Shown here: in pieces, positions 17,525 through 24,440 of the stretch
Layout of the letters: each line of letters begins with the position of its first letter
Numbering within the stretch: the first letter of the stretch is position 1
IMG/VR virus record: IMGVR_UViG_3300031949_000018
Span: 16,495 to 80,494 of that record
DNA: 64,000 bases
Reading direction: 5' to 3' (one strand)
Source of the DNA: a virus
Lineage: Duplodnaviria > Caudoviricetes
Notes under the pieces: model-generated
Told to the model about the DNA's origin: nothing
The model's database searches: none
Seen by the model: the letters and a program-made list of their open reading frames with translations, nothing else
Program-made: the position numbers and the translations under genes

Positions 17525-18178
17525 TCATAGTGACGGGTGTGGTTCACTAGGGCAGCGCCTCAACATACCCCTCTCGACGGCTTCCTCATACTCGAGAACG
17601 AGGAACACCTGATAATATGACGGGGCGCGATCGTCACGACCCCAGGTGTCGCGCATCCGATACTCCGGGAGAGACTCGCCGTAGTTATCCAGGTAAGTCT
17701 TCAGGGTTGAGGCCATGCCGTCGAGCATCATCTTGGTGGCCAACTCATTGGTGCCCTGGTGGAACTTGAATTGGGCGGTTGGCTCGATGCAGACGTTCTT
17801 CATTTTTGTGTATAAGACACAGGCGCTGGCGCACCCTGCGGTGATGTGCACCGAGATGTTCTCCATCTCTAGCGCTTCGCGAATGGTAAGGAAATACTCG
17901 ATGCTGCCGCCGCCGCTGTCTGGTACCTTGACGACCAGGCGAGACTTTCTCTCGCGGGCCAGATCGGCTTCCACGGAGAGCTTCTCAATGAAATCACCGG
18001 CCCTGATCTGATACTCGTCCTCGTCGTCGGGAGAGTAATCCTTTCCGTCGACAGCAGAATTGGCGACGTAGTCGCCGAGTGATGAATACATGACTGGCTC
18101 AGCGGCTAGGGCCGAGCCAGACAACAAAAGTGCGATGGTGAGGTACTTAAGCGATTCACGTAGGGTTAATGTAGACAT
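17525..18178 (-). CDS. Exported ClpP/crotonase-like protein
   Basis: Signal peptide (LLLSGSALA); SGGGS..CASAC..FKFHQ resembles the ClpP-like oxyanion, Ser and His motifs. Confidence 0.55.
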   Translation of the reverse strand: MSTLTLRESLKYLTIALLLSGSALAAEPVMYSSLGDYVANSAVDGKDYSPDDEDEYQIRAGDFIEKLSVEADLARERKSRLVVKVPDSGGGSIEYFLTIREALEMENISVHITAGCASACVLYTKMKNVCIEPTAQFKFHQGTNELATKMMLDGMASTLKTYLDNYGESLPEYRMRDTWGRDDRAPSYYQVFLVLEYEEAVERGMLRRCPSEPHPSL

Positions 18179-18203
18179 GGAATCCTCCTCTATCTCAAGA
18201 AGA

Positions 18204-18232
18204 ACTATATCACAATCCTGGCCAGATGTAAA
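18204..18232 (-). promoter_or_regulatory. Early sigma70-type promoter
   Basis: TTTACA-N17(..TGTGA)-TATAGT. Confidence 0.7.
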
Positions 18233-18268
18233 TAGCCTAGTTTTATTCTTTTAGGTCAATGGCTTGCA

Positions 18269-18937
18269 TTACCAGAGGAGATCGAAATAGCCCTGCATTA
18301 CCTTAGAAGCCCTGGCGCGACGGCCATTCCGGTGATCCTCTACGGCGTCGTCGCGAAACCGGTATGTCCTGACCTTGTCGCCCCTCATCCCAGATCCGAC
18401 CTGGGCACTCCTCACCTCATTGGACGCGGTGTTCGCCTCCCTCGACGCCATGTCGTGAAGACGGCGGCGCAGCTCGGTCGTGGCCTCGGCGACGTTCGCC
18501 TCCTTGCTGCGTGACTGAACGGTGACGACTATGTTGGTGGGGGTGTGCGTCATTCTAACCGAGCACTGCTTCTTGTTGCGGTGCTGGCCTCCGGCGCCCG
18601 TCCCAGAGAAGAACTCGACGCGGACATCCTCGGGTCGATACTGAAACTGGACAGACGACGCCTTGACCACCGCCACGGTAACGGTGGAGGTATGGGCCCT
18701 TCCAGATCTCTCGCTGTCTGGGATCCTCTGGATGCGATGGCCGCCAGCCTCGAACTCTATGCGGGGATCTGCGTCTATGATGGTGGACCAATAACCTGGA
18801 CGGCGCTCGGAGCGCTGGCACTCTCAGCCGAATCGGGTGAACATCCTCGAGTAGGCGTCGGCCAACTCAGCCACGAACGCCTTGCTGTCGTCGCCACCCT
18901 CGGCGGCTCGTATCTCGATGGAATATCTCGTCCTCAT
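18269..18937 (-). CDS. Class I peptide chain release factor homolog (RF1-like, lacking domain 1) with an in-frame UGA at codon 38
   Basis: AGGAG SD then ATG at 18937: MRTRYSIEIRAAEGGDDSKAFVAELADAYSRMFTRFG*ECQ...EAGGHRIQRIPDSERSGRAHTSTVTVAV...GAGGQHRNK...RGDKVRTYRF...TAA. The TGA is at 18824-18826 and both halves are in one frame. Confidence 0.85.
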
Positions 18938-18953
18938 GGCCACTCCTAGAAAT

Positions 18954-19027
18954 TGGCAGGTGATGGGGGAATCGAACCCGCATATTCCGTTTTGGAGACG
19001 GACGCTCTACCATTGAGCTAAACACCT
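18954..19027 (-). tRNA. tRNA-Trp(CCA)
   Basis: Cloverleaf with anticodon arm TCCGT-CTCCAAA-ACGGA, T-loop TTCGATT, G73 and encoded CCA; U6:U67 and C50:C64 mismatches. Confidence 0.92.
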
Positions 19028-19028
19028 A

Positions 19029-19120
19029 TGGCGGAAGAGTGAGGCCTTGATCCCCAGACGTGGTATCAGCACGTCCCAATCGCTTTCGAGGCGATGCCCA
19101 CCCGAGTGAGTTACTCTTCC
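19029..19120 (-). tRNA. tRNA-Ser(CGA)
   Basis: ATCGC-CTCGAAA-GCGAT, long variable arm, G73-CCA; T-loop ATCAAGG. Confidence 0.88.
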
Positions 19121-19175
19121 AATAATAACCCCGTTGGGGGCCTCTCGGCCAAGTCCAACGGGGAGTAAATCTACG

Positions 19176-19254
19176 TGGCTCCCGGGCCTGGAGTCGAACC
19201 AAGATCTTCCCTCCTTTCAAGGGGAGGGATGCTCTGGCATTGAGCTACCCAGGA
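19176..19254 (-). tRNA. Atypical tRNA-like gene (7-bp anticodon stem, 8-nt loop CCTTGAAA, no GG in the D-loop); identity unresolved
   Basis: Acceptor TCCTGGG/CCCGGGA, G73-CCA, D-stem GCTC/GAGC, T-loop TTCGACT. Confidence 0.7.
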
Positions 19255-19288
19255 ACACCATTCATATTTATCACGCCTCCCGCATGTG

Positions 19289-19516
19289 TCAATGGCCGAC
19301 CCACTGTTTTTTCCTGCGGGAGACGTCTTTCCAGCTGCGGACGTACCAACCTCTGGATCTGTTACGGTGGTCGACGTTCATCTTTTCACCCTCGAACCAC
19401 TTGACGTGGCGATAGTAGTTGCCCCACCCGTGCTCGTAGGCGATCCCGCCTCGCTTGCCCCAGAGCCAGTGCCAGACGCCACCTACGTCCCTGTACTGGC
19501 GCTTTATCTTCTTCAT
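19289..19516 (-). CDS. Small basic Trp-rich hypothetical protein
   Basis: ORF between tRNA blocks. Confidence 0.55.
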   Translation of the reverse strand: MKKIKRQYRDVGGVWHWLWGKRGGIAYEHGWGNYYRHVKWFEGEKMNVDHRNRSRGWYVRSWKDVSRRKKQWVGH

Positions 19517-19555
19517 CAGTCACTCCATAAGTTGTTAGCTTACGTCATGACTGCC

Positions 19556-19765
19556 TCACCAGATGTCTGCACATGCTATTCTCCTCCTCATTCCTCCGTG
19601 CGCGGTCTTCATCATGATCACCGCGTATGACTGAGTGCGCGGCAGGTATATGATCTTTCGGTGCCACGACGCATGCCGGATTGGATTCGGGTCGTGCGCC
19701 TCATCCACTTCCCATCCGTCCCCTCCGGGCGAATAGGTTTCATTTTTTAAAGTGAACCCGTACAT
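19556..19765 (-). CDS. Hypothetical protein
   Basis: ORF within the tRNA-array insert. Confidence 0.5.
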   Translation of the reverse strand: MYGFTLKNETYSPGGDGWEVDEAHDPNPIRHASWHRKIIYLPRTQSYAVIMMKTAHGGMRRRIACADIW

Positions 19766-20057
19766 GGGTGGTCCCGTCCTGCTGTGTCTTCGTCATCGTC
19801 GTCACGTCCTTAATCCACTTTGCCTGAGGGTGATACTTGCAGAAGAAGGTGTTCGGAAACTTACTCTTTCCAAAGACGGCGATCACCGGATTCTTCTTAT
19901 CGATGACCGTATGGAAGTACAGAGAACCCGGGTTTCTCAGCCCTTTCTCCAGTAATTCGAAGCACTCATTCTCTGTGTTCATGATGAGTTCATCCCTGGG
20001 CTTTTTGGTTTCCCAAATGAAATTCACCCTGGCTCGGTCGTATGGGTTGTTCCACAT
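19740..20057 (-). CDS. Hypothetical protein, paralog of the adjacent ORF
   Basis: Shares MWNNPYDRARV and CxYHP with 20057..20299. Confidence 0.6.
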   Translation of the reverse strand: MWNNPYDRARVNFIWETKKPRDELIMNTENECFELLEKGLRNPGSLYFHTVIDKKNPVIAVFGKSKFPNTFFCKYHPQAKWIKDVTTMTKTQQDGTTHVRVHFKK

Positions 20058-20293
20058 TACGGATGGTACTCACAGATGAAGATTTGTTCTCCTGATCGTA
20101 CATGTCGTTCTCGGGGAAACGACATGCGCATCGTTATGCGTCTGTCATACATGGTCACGCTGACGACTACGCCGGTGGTGTCGGCTATCTTCTGCATCAT
20201 CTTATCTTCGGCTCCCATTTTAAGTTCATACGGAGGTTGCATAGTCCTCCATAGGAAGGTCACCCTGGCTCGGTCGTATGGGTTGTTCCACAT
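20024..20293. repeat. Identical 34-nt direct repeat (20024-20057 and 20260-20293)
   Basis: TCACCCTGGCTCGGTCGTATGGGTTGTTCCACAT occurs twice and encodes the shared N-termini. Confidence 0.9.
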
Positions 20294-20299
20294 GTTCAT
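20057..20299 (-). CDS. Hypothetical protein, paralog of the adjacent ORF
   Basis: MWNNPYDRARV...ICEYHP. Confidence 0.6.
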   Translation of the reverse strand: MNMWNNPYDRARVTFLWRTMQPPYELKMGAEDKMMQKIADTTGVVVSVTMYDRRITMRMSFPRERHVRSGEQIFICEYHP

Positions 20300-20301
20300 C
20301 C

Positions 20302-20395
20302 TGGCGGAGGAGTGAGGTCTCGATCCCCAGACGTGGTCTTAGCACGTCCCAAACGCTTTCCAGGCGTTGCCGACACCCCGGTCGGTTACTACTCC
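20302..20395 (-). tRNA. tRNA-Ser(GGA)
   Basis: AACGC-CTGGAAA-GCGTT, long variable arm, T-loop ATCGAGA, G73-CCA. Confidence 0.88.
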
Positions 20396-20534
20396 AATTA
20401 GCTCTAGGTGGCCGGACGCTGCCCCGGCACTTGCTATGTCTCCTATCGAAGACGTTGCTACTGAATTCTCAATATCTGGATGCGTTCCAATCACCAGTGC
20501 ACCAGTGATCAGTTTACCAGCATACACCTATCTC

Positions 20535-21083
20535 TTACGCGTACTTCCTACGCCTCTTTAGCTTGGCGGCACTGAGGTGCCGTATCTTCCTGTCCTGAGA
20601 CTCAGACCGCTGACGGATCTCCGCGAAGCGATCGGCGCAGAACGTCGCGGCCGGGCTATTCGGCTTGACCATCGGGATCACGTTGCAAGTCCCGGTGATG
20701 TAGCCGATGGCCTCCTTGATGACGATGTTCGAACCCGCTGACTTGTCGGAGTTGATGTCGAGGTGAACCTCGCTGTGTCGATCCCCGAGTGCGTCGGCGA
20801 TGCGCAGGTACATGTCCGCGATCTTGTAGACCTCGTTCATGAGTCGCATCGTCGGCCTGTTCTTGACCTGGTCGAAGTCCCTCTCGCGAGTGACCTCACC
20901 GAATATCTTGCATCCGCGGCAGCCGTCGTAGTGAACGACGACGCAGATGGCGTAGTCAGCGACCCACTGGCCCCCGACCTTGTGGCGCTCGCTGTCGCCG
21001 CCGACGTAGATCTTCGTCTCGGCGCTCTGGGCGCTAATGAAGGCCTTCACGGCCTCTATGTCCATCTTCCGTCTAAAGTCCAT
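20535..21083 (-). CDS. RNase H-like protein (DUF458/YkuK-like)
   Basis: KIYVGGDS..VVVH..RLMNEV..EVHLDIN..VKP.S.AA..CAD. Confidence 0.75.
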   Translation of the reverse strand: MDFRRKMDIEAVKAFISAQSAETKIYVGGDSERHKVGGQWVADYAICVVVHYDGCRGCKIFGEVTRERDFDQVKNRPTMRLMNEVYKIADMYLRIADALGDRHSEVHLDINSDKSAGSNIVIKEAIGYITGTCNVIPMVKPNSPAATFCADRFAEIRQRSESQDRKIRHLSAAKLKRRRKYA

Positions 21084-21086
21084 GAC

Positions 21087-21248
21087 TCACCTCGGTACTT
21101 TCATATCATAGTCTACCCTATGTGACTCGAGCTTCCGCCGATCCGACTGGGTGTATCTCTCCTTCTGGGGAGTGAGTTTACCTTTCCAGGGCTTGCACAT
21201 CAGGCACCCTGATCTTCGTCTTTTCGGTCGGCCTCTCTTGTGGTTCAC
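21087..21248 (-). CDS. Small basic CxxC protein (absent from the ORF track)
   Basis: GTG start: MNHKRGRPKRRRSGCLMCKPWKGKLTPQKERYTQSDRRKLESHRVDYDMKVPR. Confidence 0.5.
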   Translation of the reverse strand: MNHKRGRPKRRRSGCLMCKPWKGKLTPQKERYTQSDRRKLESHRVDYDMKVPR

Positions 21249-21398
21249 ACAGAGTCCTTCTTAAAAAAATAGCGCCCGGGCTCACGTACGCTTAACTTCT
21301 TGCCCGGGAGGCGTAAGGTGGGACCGCGTTACGGGATGGTCGATCACCGATACCTGCATCTTGCATCCCACTCGACGTGGGGTAGCTCAGCCACTAAC

Positions 21399-21490
21399 TG
21401 GCGGAGAGCTGAGGTCTCGATCCCCAGGCGGGTTTTAACCGCCCCAAGGGTTTAGCAAACCCCGGTCGCACCCCGGCGACTTAACTCTCC
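21399..21490 (-). tRNA. tRNA-Ser(GCT)
   Basis: GGGGT-TTGCTAA-ACCCT, long variable arm, T-loop ATCGAGA, G73-CCA. Confidence 0.88.
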
Positions 21491-21503
21491 GTATCTGTGT
21501 GGA

Positions 21504-21532
21504 TATTTATACAGTCTGGTGACGGATGTCAA
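21504..21532 (-). promoter_or_regulatory. Composite promoter for the tRNA block (TTGACA plus overlapping TATAAATA)
   Basis: TTGACA-N15-TATAAATA; a similar TTGACA..GATAAATA lies at about 19265-19292. Confidence 0.55.
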
Positions 21533-21538
21533 ATGGAA

Positions 21539-21619
21539 TGGCGCGCACGACAGGACTCGAACCTGCATCTGCCTCCAATTACCTCACTCAGGCTTCGCAA
21601 GCCTGGGGGTTACGTGCGC
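21539..21619 (-). tRNA. D-armless tRNA-Arg(GCG)-like gene with a 22-nt variable region
   Basis: Acceptor GCGCACG/CGTGCGC, 7-nt linker TAACCCC, CAGGC-TTGCGAA-GCCTG, T-arm GCAGG-TTCGAGT-CCTGT, G73-CCA. Confidence 0.75.
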
Positions 21620-21621
21620 AT

Positions 21622-21704
21622 TGGACCTCCCGACAGGATTCGAACCCGCGTTTTCAGCTCCGTCTACGTATGATGCGTTCGAAGCGCACCTCGGCTACGG
21701 GAGG
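21622..21704 (-). tRNA. D-armless tRNA-Arg(TCG)-like gene with a 23-nt variable region
   Basis: Acceptor CCTCCCG/CGGGAGG, 8-nt linker TAGCCGAG, GTGCG-CTTCGAA-CGCAT, T-arm GCGGG-TTCGAAT-CCTGT, U73-CCA. Confidence 0.75.
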
Positions 21705-21708
21705 ATCT

Positions 21709-21783
21709 TGGTGGAGACGAGGGGAGTCGAACCCCTGACTTACCCGTGCGAGGGGTGAGTTTTCCCGGTTAAACTACGTCCCC
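21709..21783 (-). tRNA. tRNA-Ala(CGC)
   Basis: G3:U70, A73-CCA, anticodon loop CTCGCAC. Confidence 0.9.
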
Positions 21784-21971
21784 GGAATTCGTGTTCATTT
21801 CATCTAGTATCTTTTGGATACGCTTAAGATCTTTCATAACGCACCAGCCGATGGCGAAAAATGCACCGCTAAGAAATGATAATGCGTTTGAGGCGATCCA
21901 AAGAAGCATCATCGTGTAATCTATGTTTGCCTGTATCTCACTAATCGCTTCGTTCATTGCCATACCTAGTT

Positions 21972-22046
21972 TGGTGGAGAAGCCGGGTGTCGAACCCGGG
22001 TCCTTGCACTGCCAGCGCAAAGCTTTCCCAGTTAAGCTACTTCCCC
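21972..22046 (-). tRNA. tRNA-Ala(GGC)
   Basis: G3:U70, A73-CCA, TTGCG-CTGGCAG-TGCAA. Confidence 0.92.
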
Positions 22047-22295
22047 TTTGTCTTCTTCGCCGCCCTCTTCAAGATTGCCATGAGGCCCTCCTTCACGAGA
22101 ACATTCCTGGCCTCCTCGTCGATCTCAAAATTTATAGTAGCCCCGCCATCCGGCTCATCTACTATCGATATGACTTCTATCTTCATAACTAATTGTCTCC
22201 CATGGACCTTCGGACCTTAGAATCGAACCGTGCCGTGCCCTACCGGAGTCGAACCGGATTCCCGGGAGACACCCCACGCCAGTGAGGCCTTGACT

Positions 22296-22371
22296 TGGAG
22301 TGCTGGGAGGGAATCGAACCCCCGTAAACCGAGTTGCAGTCGGGTGCGTCGAACCATTCCGCCACCAGCAC
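22296..22371 (-). tRNA. tRNA-Cys(GCA)
   Basis: U73-CCA, anticodon loop CTGCAAC. Confidence 0.9.
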
Positions 22372-22476
22372 GAATATTGTGGCCTAGAGAACCTTTAGGG
22401 TCCTAGCACCGGTTGGTTTCCTTACCGCCACACACCCCAGGCTGAGATCTCAGCAAAGAGACTAGGTCATAAACTT

Positions 22477-22552
22477 TGGCGCCCACGACAGGACTCGAAC
22501 CTGCATATAATCGCTTAGAAGGCGACAGCTCATCCGATTGAACCACGTGGGC
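22477..22552 (-). tRNA. tRNA-Arg(TCT)
   Basis: Canonical cloverleaf, GTCGC-CTTCTAA-GCGAT. Confidence 0.93.
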
Positions 22553-22592
22553 AATTCATACCTTCTATATATGGTGTTGCCGGTCGTGTCAA

Positions 22593-22835
22593 CTATTTTA
22601 TTATGTCTGTCGGTAGCTTGACGTACGGCCCCGTGACCTTGACCGCGTTGCGACGGGCCATCTCTATGAGGATCCTGATGTCAGACCCCACTATGTGGTA
22701 GTGCCAGTCGTCCCTAACCGCGTGGTTCCACATCCACTCTAGCCACTCCGACGAACCCGGCGTTGGTGGTTCAGCGTTATATTCGCGATCGACTTTTTTC
22801 GCCTTCACGAGTTCGTATCCAAAATCCTCAGCCAT
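22593..22835 (-). CDS. Hypothetical protein
   Basis: ORF coupled to the upstream MazG-like gene. Confidence 0.6.
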   Translation of the reverse strand: MAEDFGYELVKAKKVDREYNAEPPTPGSSEWLEWMWNHAVRDDWHYHIVGSDIRILIEMARRNAVKVTGPYVKLPTDIIK

Positions 22836-23244
22836 CTATTTTCCTTCCTGGCAGGGTGCCGTGATTTCCCGTGTGACTAGGCGCCTGCCAGTCGGCAGGT
22901 TTAACGAGATCGGGCAGCCCTAGTGGGTTAGGTCTCGATTCCTTAACGCCGAGCTGCTTATTCATATTCGCTGCATGAACCCGATCCCAGGCCTTCTCCG
23001 AATCGATACCGAAGAGATCTAGTGTCCCGATCGCGACTACACAGATATCGATGAGTGCGTCTACCACCTCCTCGGCGTCTTTGTCCTCGACGGCGTCGCC
23101 CATTTCATTCAACTCCTCGAATATGAAGTTGAGTCGAAACTCAAGGAGCATTTGCTTCTTCTCGTCGTCAAAGTCTGCAACCTTCTCGTGAAAGCCGTAG
23201 TGGACGTGCATGTCGTGAATGTCTTTTACCCAGTCCGTCGTCAT
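22828..23244 (-). CDS. MazG-like NTP pyrophosphohydrolase (candidate dCTPase or pool sanitiser)
   Basis: FIFEELNEM..EEVVDALID..VHAANMNK..LVKP.DW.AP. Confidence 0.8.
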   Translation of the reverse strand: MTTDWVKDIHDMHVHYGFHEKVADFDDEKKQMLLEFRLNFIFEELNEMGDAVEDKDAEEVVDALIDICVVAIGTLDLFGIDSEKAWDRVHAANMNKQLGVKESRPNPLGLPDLVKPADWQAPSHTGNHGTLPGRKIDG

Positions 23245-23870
23245 CTCTTCGCTATTCCTTTCATTTTCTCGCCGGCCTTGTCGTTGGCCTCGCGCACCTT
23301 GTTCTCGATGCTCAGCTGGGCCTCCGCCGCGGAGATCATGTCCACCATCTCTGGTTGAAACTTTATCCTAACGCCTCCGTCGAGCGCCACGATCTTCGCC
23401 CACTTCTTCTTGGCGAAGCTCCTTTTCAATCCCTCTTGTTTCCCGATGATGGTTATTCCATCGAGGTGGTCTATTTCGTGCTGCATAACTCGAGAGGTGA
23501 AATCGCTGAACTGCTTCGTCATCGTCGACCCGTTAGGAAGGGTATACCTGAGCCTGATGATGCGGTGTCTCTTTATCTTCAGGAAGAGCCCTGGGAATGT
23601 TAGGCATCCCTCGACGAGTTCAGTCGTGGCCTCGGACGACGATACGATCTTCGGGTTGTAGAACACCCCGCACGGGTCGGATGCCACCGAGAACACCCTG
23701 TATGGTATTCCGACCTGCGGTCCCGAGAGGCCTAGGCCTCTCCTGGCCAGCATGGTCTCCACCAGGTTGTTGGCGAACTCTATCGGGTCAAACGGAGGAT
23801 GGGCGAAGTCGAAGCCCTGGGCCGCCCGGTAGAGTACTGGATCCGAGTGCGTGACGAGGTCCAGGATCAC
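23241..23870 (-). CDS. def: Peptide deformylase
   Basis: GLGLSGPQVG, EGCLT and QHEIDHLDG. Confidence 0.93.
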   Translation of the reverse strand: MILDLVTHSDPVLYRAAQGFDFAHPPFDPIEFANNLVETMLARRGLGLSGPQVGIPYRVFSVASDPCGVFYNPKIVSSSEATTELVEGCLTFPGLFLKIKRHRIIRLRYTLPNGSTMTKQFSDFTSRVMQHEIDHLDGITIIGKQEGLKRSFAKKKWAKIVALDGGVRIKFQPEMVDMISAAEAQLSIENKVREANDKAGEKMKGIAKR

Positions 23871-24115
23871 CCGGCATTGCTTTCCGAACTTACAGGAACC
23901 GGAGAAAAGTCTATGTAATAGTATTTGCCGAGCTCGAACTGGGTGAGTGCCGCCTCGTTATCTACCTGCATGTCGATGTGCCCCGTCGGGGTCGCCTTCA
24001 TGAAGCGCTGATCCTCAGGAATCGACGGATCGTACATCGCCGAGAACCGGAGGGTCTTGCCTCCCCACGCGGACTTGGTCTCTGAGGTTAGTTGCATCTT
24101 AGCTCTTACCGTCAT
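23867..24115 (-). CDS. Hypothetical protein
   Basis: MTVRAKM...ATP.G.I.M.VDN..A..QF..GK.YY.DF. Confidence 0.65.
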   Translation of the reverse strand: MTVRAKMQLTSETKSAWGGKTLRFSAMYDPSIPEDQRFMKATPTGHIDMQVDNEAALTQFELGKYYYIDFSPVPVSSESNAG

Positions 24116-24125
24116 GTCTGTCTCC

Positions 24126-24440
24126 TTAGTCTTGATATGAATCGTATAGAAGATCGTAGGTCATCTCGAAGACGTCTGGGCTACACGGATAGTACTCCGC
24201 CTTCACCCCTCTTATTATCCAGTCGCCCTGGACGGCGGTCTGAGTGCCTGAGGACGTCTCGATCTCTAGGTCATTTATACCCGCCGTGGAGGGCATCTTT
24301 AGGTGGCCGTCGCTCATCATGGCCTCTGCTATGGTCGCGTAGGTCTCGTTCTCTCCGTCCCATAGGATGGCCTTGACGATGACGGGCTTCTTGACGTAGT
24401 TCAGGAACATCATTCTCTCCTTATCGCGGCGACCAGGCAC
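24126..24440 (-). CDS. Conserved phage protein (PGDYG-like)
   Basis: YVKKPVIVKA..GDWIIRGVKAEYYPCSPDVFEMTY. Confidence 0.7.
   Translation of the reverse strand: MPGRRDKERMMFLNYVKKPVIVKAILWDGENETYATIAEAMMSDGHLKMPSTAGINDLEIETSSGTQTAVQGDWIIRGVKAEYYPCSPDVFEMTYDLLYDSYQD

Noticed and set aside
18555-18821. Track ORF upstream of the GGQ fragment as a separate gene
   Set aside because: It is an alternative frame of the RF gene; the RF-like motifs are in the frame continuous with 18937.
18803-18826. Selenocysteine insertion at the RF UGA
   Set aside because: The position corresponds to Trp rather than Cys, the hairpin is too small for a bacterial SECIS, and no selABC is present in the window.
18954-19027. 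tRNA-Trp as a classical UGA suppressor (Hirsh A24, or a 4-bp anticodon stem)
   Set aside because: The anticodon is CCA, G24 pairs with C11 and the anticodon stem has 5 bp. Only U6:U67 and C50:C64 mismatches are seen, and their effect is unknown.
20024-20293. CRISPR-like array from the 34-nt repeat (or from the 49-nt repeat at 46650-46905)
   Set aside because: Each has only two copies over 200 nt apart, lies inside coding frames, and has no cas genes nearby.
21262-21398. tmRNA, SRP RNA or riboswitch in the spacer after tRNA-Ser(GCT)
   Set aside because: No diagnostic motifs were recognised; the 3' hairpin plus T tract is adequately explained as a terminator.
19026-22220. Short track ORFs overlapping tRNA genes (e.g. 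19026-19220, 19134-19415, 20339-20527, 21519-21758, 21769-22020)
   Set aside because: They overlap clear tRNA structures and are likely spurious or have mis-called starts.
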